DNA of 64,000 nucleotides from an uncultured Lentimicrobiaceae bacterium (lineage in GTDB: Bacteria; Bacteroidota; Bacteroidia; Bacteroidales; UBA4417), in assembly GCA_964420555.1 (NCBI GenBank), contig CAYQTT010000005.1, positions 151,613 to 215,612 of the forward strand. The letters run 5' to 3'. The position numbers and the translations under genes were made by a program. The notes below the pieces were generated by a model. It was not told the DNA's origin. It saw only the letters and a program-made list of their open reading frames with translations, and did not search any database. Below, one piece after another: positions 25,498-34,186 of this stretch; positions within the stretch are counted from its first letter, which is position 1; every line of letters starts with the position of its first letter.

Positions 25498-25520
25498 CTG
25501 TAATTAATTTGTTTTTTAAA

Positions 25521-25597
25521 GGTCAGATGGAATACGCCAGATTATTATTAATCTCATGCCTGGTTGGTGATTTATTCCAATCATGGCTATTTCATTC
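25521..25597 (+). ncRNA. Candidate structured RNA element, copy 1 (strand uncertain)
   Basis: P1: ATGGAATAcGCC (25527..25538) pairs with GGCTATTTCAT (25585..25595). P2: AGATTA/TAATCT. P3: GTGATT/AATCAT. There are two further copies at 30.6 kb with compensatory changes. Confidence 0.45.
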
Positions 25598-25635
25598 GCT
25601 TAGTTAACAAGGCATAAAATTACAAAATTTCCGGT

Positions 25636-26625
25636 ATGGACTTCACCGCATTTAAACATAGTATTTTTAATCTGCAAAGCCCTTTCGAGTTTAACGAAAT
25701 TGCAGTGAGTTTATTTCGATATCAATACAGGGAAAACGAAATTTATAGAAGTTTTGTTGATGCCCTTGGTGTGAGCGAGAGCCAGGTGTACCACCCTGAG
25801 CAGATTCCTTTTCTGCCTGTCAGTTTTTTTAAGACGCATAAAGTAATTTCAGGCGGTTATTCCGAAGAACTTATTTTCGAAAGCAGCGGCACTACCGGCA
25901 TGGAAACCAGTAAACATTACGTGGTGGATGCATCCTGTTATCAGGAAAGCTTTACACGCGGACTTCAACTAGCTTACGGTGATTTGTCGCAGTATGTTAT
26001 TTTCGCGCTGCTGCCATCGTACCTGGAGCGTAAAAACTCATCGCTGGTGTATATGGTTGAGAAAATACTGTTGCAATCGAACCGTCAGATGGGTGGATTT
26101 TACCTGAATGAATTAGATGAATTGCACCATCAGTTGGAAGAAGCACAGCGACTTGGCTTGAAAATCATGCTTATCGGCGTTACATTTGCCTTGCTCGATA
26201 TGGCTGAGAAATTTCCCATCAGCATACCCGATGCCATAATTATTGAAACCGGTGGCATGAAAGGCCGGCGCAGCGAAATTACCCGTATGGAACTGCACGA
26301 ACAGCTTTGTGAAGGATTTGGAGTACAGAAAATCCATTCGGAATATGGAATGACGGAGCTTTTATCGCAGGCCTGGTCGGCAGGGGACGGTATTTTCCGC
26401 TGTCCGCCCTGGATGAAAGTAATGATAGCTGACACCAATGATCCGTTGAGTTACCTCGAAACAGGCCGTTCGGGCGGAATAAATATAATCGACCTGGCAA
26501 ATTTTCATTCCTGTTCCTTTATCGCCACACAGGATCTTGGTCGTGTTTTCGACGATGGAAGTTTCGAAGTACTGGGCCGTTTTGATAACAGCGATATCCG
26601 TGGTTGCAGCCTGCTGGCTAATTAG
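25636..26625 (+). CDS. Acyl-protein synthetase / LuxE-like adenylate-forming enzyme family protein
   Basis: 329 aa. The N-terminal pattern (..FRYQYRENEIYRSFVDALGV....IPFLPVSFFKTHKV) and the SGTTG motif are as in Bacteroidota LuxE-like proteins. Confidence 0.55.
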   Translation: MDFTAFKHSIFNLQSPFEFNEIAVSLFRYQYRENEIYRSFVDALGVSESQVYHPEQIPFLPVSFFKTHKVISGGYSEELIFESSGTTGMETSKHYVVDASCYQESFTRGLQLAYGDLSQYVIFALLPSYLERKNSSLVYMVEKILLQSNRQMGGFYLNELDELHHQLEEAQRLGLKIMLIGVTFALLDMAEKFPISIPDAIIIETGGMKGRRSEITRMELHEQLCEGFGVQKIHSEYGMTELLSQAWSAGDGIFRCPPWMKVMIADTNDPLSYLETGRSGGINIIDLANFHSCSFIATQDLGRVFDDGSFEVLGRFDNSDIRGCSLLAN

Positions 26626-26858
26626 GAGAGAAGGAGACAAGGCGAGGGGCGACAAGGCGAGGGGCGAATGGCGACGAGATCAGAAGTAAGATGAGGAGAC
26701 AAGGAGACACGGGGACAAGGAGAGGGGAGACAAGGCGAAGAGCGGCAAGGCGAGGCTAACCCCTAAACCTATAATCGAGCCAAGCAAACTCTGAAATCTG
26801 AAACTAGAAACCAGAAACTTGAAACCAGAAACCTCTCCCCAAACCCCCAACCCCTAGA
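26626..26858 (+). repeat. Tripartite word-stutter island (GACAAGGCGAGGGGC block, GAAAC(C/T)AGAAAC block, C/A-rich CCCCAAACCCCCAACCCC block)
   Basis: Read directly from the sequence. It fills the whole spacer between the LuxE-like gene stop and the SRAP gene ATG (26862). Confidence 0.85.
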
Positions 26859-26861
26859 AAA

Positions 26862-27521
26862 ATGTGCGGTCGTTTTTCCCTTACTTCCAATGAAGCTGAA
26901 CTCAACCTTCGTTTTGAGCTCGAAGGTGGCGCTGCTCCTTATGTTCCTCGATATAACGGTTCGCCTACCCAGTTGCTGGCGGTTATCACCAACGAAAATC
27001 CGGGCAAGCTGAGTTATCACCTCTGGGGACTTATTCCGCCCTGGGCTAAAGATATTTCAATCGGCAATAAGATGATAAATGCACGTGCCGAAACCATTAC
27101 CGAAAAACCTTCGTTTCGTGCGCCATTGTTCAGCAAGCGTTGCCTTGTGCCGGCGGATGGATTTTACGAATGGCAGCAGGATGCAGGCAAACAGCCATAC
27201 CGCATTTTTGTAAAAACCAATCTCATTTTTGCCATGGCCGGTTTATGGGAACGGTGGAAATCGCCTGATGGCGGAACCATTGATTCATTCAGCATTATCA
27301 CTACCGAAGCCAATAGTTTTATGAAACCCATTCACAGCCGTATGCCTGTAATCCTGAAAAAGGAAGATGAAAAAGCCTGGCTTTCAGCGAAAAGTGCTGA
27401 TGCCATTCTTGAACTTCTCAAGCCTTTTCCATCCGAGGAAATGGATGCCTATCCGGTATCGAAGCTGGTGAATTCGCCACGAAATGATGGACCGGAGGTT
27501 TGGGAGAGGGAGCCGGATTGA
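26862..27521 (+). CDS. SOS response-associated peptidase (SRAP/YedK family)
   Basis: 219 aa starting with MCGRFSL, the catalytic Cys2 signature of SRAP proteins. Confidence 0.85.
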   Translation: MCGRFSLTSNEAELNLRFELEGGAAPYVPRYNGSPTQLLAVITNENPGKLSYHLWGLIPPWAKDISIGNKMINARAETITEKPSFRAPLFSKRCLVPADGFYEWQQDAGKQPYRIFVKTNLIFAMAGLWERWKSPDGGTIDSFSIITTEANSFMKPIHSRMPVILKKEDEKAWLSAKSADAILELLKPFPSEEMDAYPVSKLVNSPRNDGPEVWEREPD

Positions 27522-27653
27522 TAACCATAAAGTGTTGGCGGGCTTAATGAATCAAATCTGTTGGAATGGTTAAAGACGATTAGAGTCAGCATTTTTTTAG
27601 TGCAAACCGTTTTTGAGACCTGGCGTTTCGTACTTTTATTCTTTTAAAGATAG

Positions 27654-28307
27654 ATGAATATGAAAAAATTTGCAATTATCCTTGCCGGTTGCGGCGTATA
27701 TGACGGTGCCGAAATACACGAAGCCGTAATGAGCATGTTTGCTGTTATGAAAAACGGCGCTGAATACCAGCTTTTTGCACCGGATATTGCCCAGCATCAT
27801 GTGGTTAACCACCTTACCGGCACCGAAATGCCCGAAACACGTAATGTGCTGGTTGAAAGTGCCCGGATTGCCCGTGGCAAAATCAAACCGCTTACCGAAC
27901 TCGATATGCGCAATTTTGATGCAATGCTCTTCCCCGGTGGCTTTGGAGTAGCCAAAAACTTATGCTCTTTTGCCTTTAAAGGTGCTGATTGTGACGTTCA
28001 TCCTCAGGTAAGCAAAGTGGTGCGCGAAGCTGTAAGTTTACGCAAACCTATTGGAGCATTGTGTATTTCTCCGGTTTTGCTTGCGAAAATCCTGGGTGAT
28101 GTTACTATAACCGTTGGACCTGATGAACAAGATGCTGAGCAGGTAAAAGCAATGGGAGCTAATCATATAGCAACAAAACACGCCGAGGTAATTATTGATG
28201 CAAAACACAGGCTTTTCAGCACACCGTGCTACCAGCTGGACTCAACTATTGTTCAAATTGCGGAAGGAGCTGATAATATTGTAAAGGCGATGCTGAAAGA
28301 GATGTAA
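27654..28307 (+). CDS. elbB: Isoprenoid biosynthesis glyoxalase ElbB (DJ-1/PfpI superfamily)
   Basis: MKKFAIILAGCGVYDGAEIHEAV... is the characteristic ElbB N-terminus. An alternative ATG lies at 27660. Confidence 0.75.
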   Translation: MNMKKFAIILAGCGVYDGAEIHEAVMSMFAVMKNGAEYQLFAPDIAQHHVVNHLTGTEMPETRNVLVESARIARGKIKPLTELDMRNFDAMLFPGGFGVAKNLCSFAFKGADCDVHPQVSKVVREAVSLRKPIGALCISPVLLAKILGDVTITVGPDEQDAEQVKAMGANHIATKHAEVIIDAKHRLFSTPCYQLDSTIVQIAEGADNIVKAMLKEM

Positions 28308-28437
28308 TCTAAGTCCTGAGCTATGTAAAGTCTATTTTTCTAAAAATCATGTTATTAGGGGCCCTTCTCCTTGAGGAGAAGGTGCCGAAGGCGGATGAGG
28401 TTAAAATTGAAGGAAATTAATCTAACTAAAGTACTCG

Positions 28438-28875
28438 TCAAAACCGATTCTTCACCATCTCCATCACTTCCCCGTGATCAAAAGCCAGCGGAGGTAAGTC
28501 ATGCAGCGGGAACCACCGGGTATTTGCAGCATCATCTCCCGCTTCAGGTTCAGGAGTATTTTCGTCGGCATAACCAATAAATGCTGTTGTGATGGTGCGG
28601 TGACGCGGATCACGGTCCACTTTGCTAAACGTGTGAAACTGTTCAAGTTCAATACCGGTAATTCCTGTTTCTTCCTGAAGTTCGCGCAAGGCAGTTACTT
28701 CGAGGGTTTCGTCCATATCTAAAAATCCACCGGGCAGCGCCCACATTCCTTCAAAAGGTGGATGTTTGCGCTCGATTAAAAGCACTTCCCGCTGATTATC
28801 AATAGTTTTAATAACAATAATATCTGCGGTTACCGCCGGACGGGGATAGTCGTAACAATAGTTATTCTTCATCAT
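28438..28875 (-). CDS. NUDIX hydrolase
   Basis: 145 aa with the Nudix box GGFLDMDETLEVTALRELQEETG. Confidence 0.85.
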   Translation of the reverse strand: MMKNNYCYDYPRPAVTADIIVIKTIDNQREVLLIERKHPPFEGMWALPGGFLDMDETLEVTALRELQEETGITGIELEQFHTFSKVDRDPRHRTITTAFIGYADENTPEPEAGDDAANTRWFPLHDLPPLAFDHGEVMEMVKNRF

Positions 28876-29575
28876 TTTCGTCGTTATCGGGTATCACGGC
28901 AGCATTTCCTGTTGCTCCGGCAATAACCAGTACAATTTCACCTTTCGGAGGATGTGCTTTGTACCATGAGGCAAGTTCGGTCAAAGTTCCGCGTCGGTTT
29001 TCCTCGTATATTTTTGTGAGCTCCCGCGAAACACAAGCCTGCCTCTCAGGTCCGAGATGTTCGGCCAACTGCTCCAGGCTTTTCACCAGTCGGAAAGGCG
29101 ATTCGTATAAAATAAAAGTATATGGTTGCTTTGCCAGTTCTTTCAAACGGGTTTGCCTGCCTTTTTTATGAGGCAGAAATCCTTCGAACTGAAAACGGTC
29201 GCACGGCAGTCCTGAATTAACCAATGCCGGCACAAATGCGGTAGGACCGGGCAGGCATTCCACCTCAATTCCGGCTTGTATGCAGGCGCGTGTCAGCAAA
29301 AAACCCGGATCGGAAATTCCCGGTGTACCGGCATCCGAAATCAGAGCCATAGTGGTACCTTCCTTAATTTGCCGCACCAGGCTTTCAGCCATTTTATGCT
29401 CGTTAAACTGGTGATGGGCAAGCACTTTTTTATCAATATCGTAATGACGCAGCAGTTTTGAGGAGGTGCGGGTGTCCTCGGCCAGTATTATATCCACTTC
29501 CTTCAATATCCGTAACGCCCGGAGAGTAATATCCTCAAGGTTGCCGATGGGAGTGGGGATGAGGTAAAGTTTCAT
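28862..29575 (-). CDS. rsmI: 16S rRNA (cytidine1402-2'-O)-methyltransferase
   Basis: 237 aa. The N-terminus LYLIPTPIGNLEDITLRALRILKEVDIILAEDTR is the RsmI hallmark. Confidence 0.85.
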   Translation of the reverse strand: MKLYLIPTPIGNLEDITLRALRILKEVDIILAEDTRTSSKLLRHYDIDKKVLAHHQFNEHKMAESLVRQIKEGTTMALISDAGTPGISDPGFLLTRACIQAGIEVECLPGPTAFVPALVNSGLPCDRFQFEGFLPHKKGRQTRLKELAKQPYTFILYESPFRLVKSLEQLAEHLGPERQACVSRELTKIYEENRRGTLTELASWYKAHPPKGEIVLVIAGATGNAAVIPDNDENDEE

Positions 29576-29743
29576 GGTTCAGGGGGAATGATTTAGGCGT
29601 TTGGGGTTATTGGAGAAAAAGTGTTTTGTTTCCTGAAATGAAAAGCGCATGTATGATTTGTACCCTAATTACTGTATCAACATAACAAATGTAATTCATT
29701 ACAACGAGCTATTCAAACCGAAAACATCAGGTCACAGGAGCAA

Positions 29744-30577
29744 TTAATCGCTTTTTACCAGAGCTGCAGCGCCCAGCAATGCTATATTTTCGATTTGCGA
29801 CTGCTGTATTGTCAATTTCTTAATTGTTTCAGGAAACTGAAAATCATCCATTGCTTTTTTCATTGATTCTTCAAAAAAAGAATATGCCTTTGATATTGAA
29901 CCACCTAATACAATTGCTTCAGGGTCATAGGTATAAACAACCGCTTTCATTGCGTTACCAAGATGTAAACCATAGTCGGCCCACAATTTTAAAGCAGTTT
30001 TTTCACCCATTCCCGCTTTGTTTTGGGCTTCCAATGCAGTAGTTCGATGCATGGATTCGAAAAATGAACTGCTGGTGTAAAACTCAAAATTTTTATCCAG
30101 ATAAGGCAGAGACCCGATTTCACCTGCACCGCAATTACTGCCGGAATAAAGTTCGTTATTAATAATAATACCTGCCCCGAGGCCTGTGCCAAGTGCCAGG
30201 GCAACAAAAGAGGTGAACGATTTAGCTCCACCATATCTGTGCTCGCCCAGTGCAAAACAGTTTACATCATTATTGATGTAAACAGGAATTTTGAATTCAT
30301 TCTCCAGAATTTTTTTTAGCTCAACCCTTTTCCACGAAGGAATGTTTACAACATCAAATACAATACCGTTTTCAACGTCAACCACAGAGGGAACCCCTAT
30401 GCCTATTCCTTTCACCAATGGGTTTACTAATGGCGCTACAACAGAAATGAGCTGCGAAAGAGTCTTTTTCAGCGAATCTTTTTCAGTTAATAAAGCATGT
30501 TTCACTGAAAGAATTGCGTCTCCTTCTATTAACCCTGCCCTGATATTTGTTCCGCCTAAGTCAATGCCTATTTTCAT
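29744..30577 (-). CDS. ROK family sugar kinase (glucokinase-like)
   Basis: 277 aa with MKIGIDLGGTNIRAGL (ATP-binding motif) and Gly-rich ROK segments. Confidence 0.8.
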   Translation of the reverse strand: MKIGIDLGGTNIRAGLIEGDAILSVKHALLTEKDSLKKTLSQLISVVAPLVNPLVKGIGIGVPSVVDVENGIVFDVVNIPSWKRVELKKILENEFKIPVYINNDVNCFALGEHRYGGAKSFTSFVALALGTGLGAGIIINNELYSGSNCGAGEIGSLPYLDKNFEFYTSSSFFESMHRTTALEAQNKAGMGEKTALKLWADYGLHLGNAMKAVVYTYDPEAIVLGGSISKAYSFFEESMKKAMDDFQFPETIKKLTIQQSQIENIALLGAAALVKSD

Positions 30578-30598
30578 GTGTTATTATTTATTTTTTTA

Positions 30599-30677
30599 CG
30601 GGTCACATGGAATACGCCAGATTGATTATAATATCATCTTCGGTTGGTGATTAAATCCAATCATGGCTATTTCATCT
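30599..30677 (+). ncRNA. Candidate structured RNA element, copy 2
   Basis: P1: 30607..30618 pairs with 30665..30675. P2: AGATtGAT/ATCATCT. P3: GTGATT/AATCAT. A T-rich tract follows. Confidence 0.45.
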
Positions 30678-30696
30678 GTTTATTTTTTAATTTTTA

Positions 30697-30770
30697 CGGG
30701 TCAGATGGAATACGCCATGAATAATCATTTCGGTTGGTGAGCACTTTTTCTGCTCATGGCTATTTCATTT
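30697..30770 (+). ncRNA. Candidate structured RNA element, copy 3
   Basis: P1: 30705..30716 pairs with 30758..30768. P2 is shortened (ATGA/TCAT). P3 is replaced by GTGAGCA/TGCTCAT, a fully compensated stem. A T-rich tract follows. Confidence 0.45.
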
Positions 30771-30834
30771 GATTGTATTTTTTGTTTGAATACCACATAT
30801 TCTATATTGAATAATAAAATTGCCCACTGGTCTT

Positions 30835-32121
30835 CTATCGTCCGATCGAATCCATAAAATCCCTCATCAATCTGAAAATATCGTTGTACTCCGAAAGCGG
30901 AAGTTTGCTGCTCTGATCATCCGGATTGTGGTATTCGGTAAATTCCTTGCCGAGAGAGTAGATAAAGACTGCCGGAACGCCTTTCTGGTAAAAAGGGCAA
31001 TGATCACTGTTACACGATTCGCCCCGCTCCTTCACCGTAAGGATGTATTCGTTATCTGCATTAATTTTTACCATGCGGTCATATGCATCCCTGAATTTTG
31101 TGGCATTAACCATAGTTATCCCTTCGCTTCCGGTGCCAACCATATCAAGGTTTACCAGGAATTTTACCTTTTTCAGATCAACAGGCGGATAGGCGGCACA
31201 GTATTTTGCACCCATTAGTCCGGCTTCTTCACCACTTAAAAGAATGAAAGCAATCGAATAATATGGCTGATTTTCCGGCTGCGAATAATGCCTTGCCAGG
31301 TCGGTAACCATGGCTGTTCCGCTGGCATTATCGTTGGCTCCCGGGTAATAAACCTCGCTACCCATGCTGCCAAGATGATCGTAATGTGCCGTAAAAACTA
31401 GAAAAGTATCAGGCTGAGCCAGGCCTTTAACATACCCCATTACATTTGATGTTTTGTGCTGAGGTACAAATTCCGATTCCACTTCAAGGGTGAAATCTTT
31501 CAGTTTTTCCGGCAATGCTTCACGTTTCAGGTCAATAACGGTATAATTTCGCACTTTAAAGCCAATCATCACGCTGCCAGTAAGCTTTGTATCACTGATA
31601 TAAATAAGTCCGGGCGCTTTCAGGAAATTGTAATATTTCAGCGAATCGAGAACTGAAAGTGCCTTTTTATCCTCAATTCCTTTTTTATCAATCAGCACAA
31701 ATTTATTGCTGTAGTCGCGCGACGAAAATTTCTTCAGCTTTTTAGCATCTGAAAGAATCTGCGGACTAAGCGTCACAACCTTGTAAGTCCCTTTCATACC
31801 GGGCGTGGCAGCCCAGACCTGGAAATCGGAACCCGCCTGCATCCTTTTGCCGTTGGCAAAAGCCTCAAGTTTTCCCGGTAAGGTATTCATCGGGAAAGCG
31901 TAGGTTTGCCTGTAACTGTTTGCCAGCGGGACCAATTGCAGTTTTTCAAATTCAGCGGATAAAAACTGTGCTGCAATTTTATCCCCGTCAGCCACATAAC
32001 CCCGTCCGTGCATACCTGGAGCTGCCAGGGTATCAATTAGCGATCGTGCATAATTCATATCCTGCGCAACAGCCATCTGCGCAAGCAAAATAAGTATGAC
32101 AGGTAAAAGTTTCAGCTTCAC
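30835..32121 (-). CDS. M28 family metallopeptidase (aminopeptidase), secreted
   Basis: 428 aa with a signal peptide. FTAHYDHLG, NDNASG and LLSGEEAGLMGA are M28 zinc-site motifs. Confidence 0.8.
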   Translation of the reverse strand: MKLKLLPVILILLAQMAVAQDMNYARSLIDTLAAPGMHGRGYVADGDKIAAQFLSAEFEKLQLVPLANSYRQTYAFPMNTLPGKLEAFANGKRMQAGSDFQVWAATPGMKGTYKVVTLSPQILSDAKKLKKFSSRDYSNKFVLIDKKGIEDKKALSVLDSLKYYNFLKAPGLIYISDTKLTGSVMIGFKVRNYTVIDLKREALPEKLKDFTLEVESEFVPQHKTSNVMGYVKGLAQPDTFLVFTAHYDHLGSMGSEVYYPGANDNASGTAMVTDLARHYSQPENQPYYSIAFILLSGEEAGLMGAKYCAAYPPVDLKKVKFLVNLDMVGTGSEGITMVNATKFRDAYDRMVKINADNEYILTVKERGESCNSDHCPFYQKGVPAVFIYSLGKEFTEYHNPDDQSSKLPLSEYNDIFRLMRDFMDSIGR

Positions 32122-32214
32122 TTTACGAATTTTGATATCATTATTATTGAAGTTTCAAGTTTCATGTTGTCTTCTGAAACTTGAAACTTGAAACCAGAAA
32201 CCCTTCAAACCCTT

Positions 32215-33135
32215 CTAAATAAACCGTCTCTTAACAAAATCCTTCAATCTCTGCAGTGTTTCAGCTTTATTCTGCCATTCCGCCGAGTGGTATTTCTGCA
32301 ATATCCATCCGGCCTCGTCAGCATTAACGGCTTTGTTTATGCGCGTGATGGCCTCCTCATACTGGGCAGGATTGTTACCGAACAATTCGTTTATAAATGT
32401 GAATTTATCATTAAGTCCAATGCCTGTGGCAAGGTCGGCAATAGGTTGAAATTGCATACGGCCGCCGACAAAACTGCTGGCCGGTGATGCAGCCATGGTT
32501 TCGCTGAGAGATTTGTTTGCTATATTGAATTTATCAGCTAACATGGCCGATTCCTGCTTATCCGGAGATTGAGTATCTGTGCTTTCTGCTTCAACAGGTT
32601 TCTGTGTTTCATGAATTTCTTCTTCTGCAGCAGCGTATTTTTCAACAGCCGGCGAATCATCTGTTTTCGTATCGGCAAGTATTTCCGGTTCTTCTTTGTA
32701 CCTGATTTCTTCAATAATTTCCGGTTCTGTTTCAGGAATAATTTCCGGTTCTGCTTCGGGTTCGGCTGCAGGTTCGGGAGTAGTTTCCGGAAAAGTTTCA
32801 GCCACTGCTTCTGCGACTTTTTTAGGTTTAAATTCCTGTTGAGTGGCAGGTGTTACCTCTTGGTTCGGAGTAGGGCTTATGCCTTGAGTAACTTCAGCAG
32901 CTTTGGTTTGCATAGGTGTTCCAACTGTAACTTCCGGCTTGTTTTCACCCTGTTGCAGCGTGAGGTTTACCTGTCCTATGGTTTTAAATGTATCGTAAAG
33001 CTTGCGCAGATCGTCAAGCATAAGATCAAGTTCTACCTGCGAAATGTGGCCTGCCGGAACGTATAACTGGTTGTATCGCGAAACTACTTTTCTGATCAGA
33101 TTGTCGGCATCGCGGGTTAAAAGGTTCAAATCCAT
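32215..33135 (-). CDS. Hypothetical protein with central acidic Pro/Glu-rich low-complexity linker
   Basis: 306 aa. Ordered N- and C-terminal domains flank PEPAAEPEAEPEIIPETEPEIIEE. Confidence 0.55.
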   Translation of the reverse strand: MDLNLLTRDADNLIRKVVSRYNQLYVPAGHISQVELDLMLDDLRKLYDTFKTIGQVNLTLQQGENKPEVTVGTPMQTKAAEVTQGISPTPNQEVTPATQQEFKPKKVAEAVAETFPETTPEPAAEPEAEPEIIPETEPEIIEEIRYKEEPEILADTKTDDSPAVEKYAAAEEEIHETQKPVEAESTDTQSPDKQESAMLADKFNIANKSLSETMAASPASSFVGGRMQFQPIADLATGIGLNDKFTFINELFGNNPAQYEEAITRINKAVNADEAGWILQKYHSAEWQNKAETLQRLKDFVKRRFI

Positions 33136-33386
33136 TTTATTATGAATAATTAATGATTATTTTAAAACAGTAAATCTGTTTATGCTACTTGTGAAATCTT
33201 TTTCAATACGTTTTCTGCAATCTTTTTTTTGATGCTTACTATACTGAAAGTGTGCTGTTATGTCCGCTTCTGTTAATAAATCTTCTCCTGCGCATGAAGA
33301 GTTGACCCTGCTAAGAAACAATTATTTCATTAAGTTTGCGTTCCATAACAAGGGCTAAAATTAGCAAAGAATAAACTACGCGGCAT

Positions 33387-33980
33387 ATGTTTCTTGAAAA
33401 ATCCACTAACAATCCATCACAGAGCAGAGGCGGCTGGATCGAAGTAGTTGTTGGTTCCATGTTCTCGGGTAAAACCGAGGAACTGATCCGCAGGCTCAAC
33501 CGTGCGCGGATTGCAAGGCAAAGGGTGGAGATTTTCAAGCCGGAAATAGATAAACGTTATGATGAAACAAATGTTGTTTCGCACAACGAAAACAGTATCC
33601 GCTCCATTCCTGTTCAAAATGCTTCACAGATTTTACTCTATATCGACGGCATGGATGTGGTGGGTATTGACGAAGCTCAGTTCCTTGATGACGATCTTCC
33701 TGCAGTGTGCAACTACATTGCCAACCAGGGCATAAGGGTTATTGTGGCCGGTCTGGATATGGATTTCCAGGGGAAACCCTTTGGGCCTATACCGGCGCTG
33801 ATGGCAACGGCTGAATATGTTACCAAAGTTCATGCTATCTGTATGCGTTGCGGTGACCTGGCTCACTATTCGCATCGCACTAACGCCAGCGAAAAGCTTG
33901 TGCAGCTTGGCGAGAAAGATAATTACGAACCCCTTTGCAGGAAATGCTATACGGATTCGAAAACAGGGTTTAAAGATTAA
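33387..33980 (+). CDS. tdk: Thymidine kinase
   Basis: 197 aa with the P-loop [14 protein letters not shown] and C-terminal zinc-ribbon cysteines (CMRCG...CRKC). Confidence 0.9.
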   Translation: MFLEKSTNNPSQSRGGWIEVVVGSMFSGKTEELIRRLNRARIARQRVEIFKPEIDKRYDETNVVSHNENSIRSIPVQNASQILLYIDGMDVVGIDEAQFLDDDLPAVCNYIANQGIRVIVAGLDMDFQGKPFGPIPALMATAEYVTKVHAICMRCGDLAHYSHRTNASEKLVQLGEKDNYEPLCRKCYTDSKTGFKD

Positions 33981-34009
33981 CAAAGCTTCTTGAGATCAGG
34001 GAAGAGCGA

Positions 34010-34185
34010 TATGGATGGGGAGACAAGGGGAGGGGAGACAAGGCGAACTTCAGTCTGCCTTCTTCCAACTCCGGTCTTCCGACTTCCGACTTCGTTCTTC
34101 CAGCCTCCCGAATCCTATTACTGCCTGATATCATATTCAACCAATCCGAACAAATCAAAAACCAACCCCAACCCCCATACTTCAT
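34010..34185 (+). repeat. Tripartite word-stutter island (GAGACAAGG block, CTTCC/GACTTCC block, CCAACCCCAACCCCC block)
   Basis: It shares GAGACAAGGCGAACTTC with the 24.8-kb island. It ends 10 nt before the ATG of the next gene. Confidence 0.85.
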
Positions 34186-34186
34186 T

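Noticed and set aside
28350-28385. Hairpin CCTTCTCC-TTGA-GGAGAAGG between the convergent elbB and NUDIX genes as a special regulatory element
   Set aside because: Its position between convergent genes and its simple stem fit an ordinary bidirectional terminator, although it lacks a T-run. Nothing else distinguishes it.
32569-33066. 165-aa antisense ORF rich in Phe/Arg/Cys
   Set aside because: It is the mirror image of the acidic low-complexity linker of the 32215..33135 gene. The composition is typical of non-coding antisense frames.
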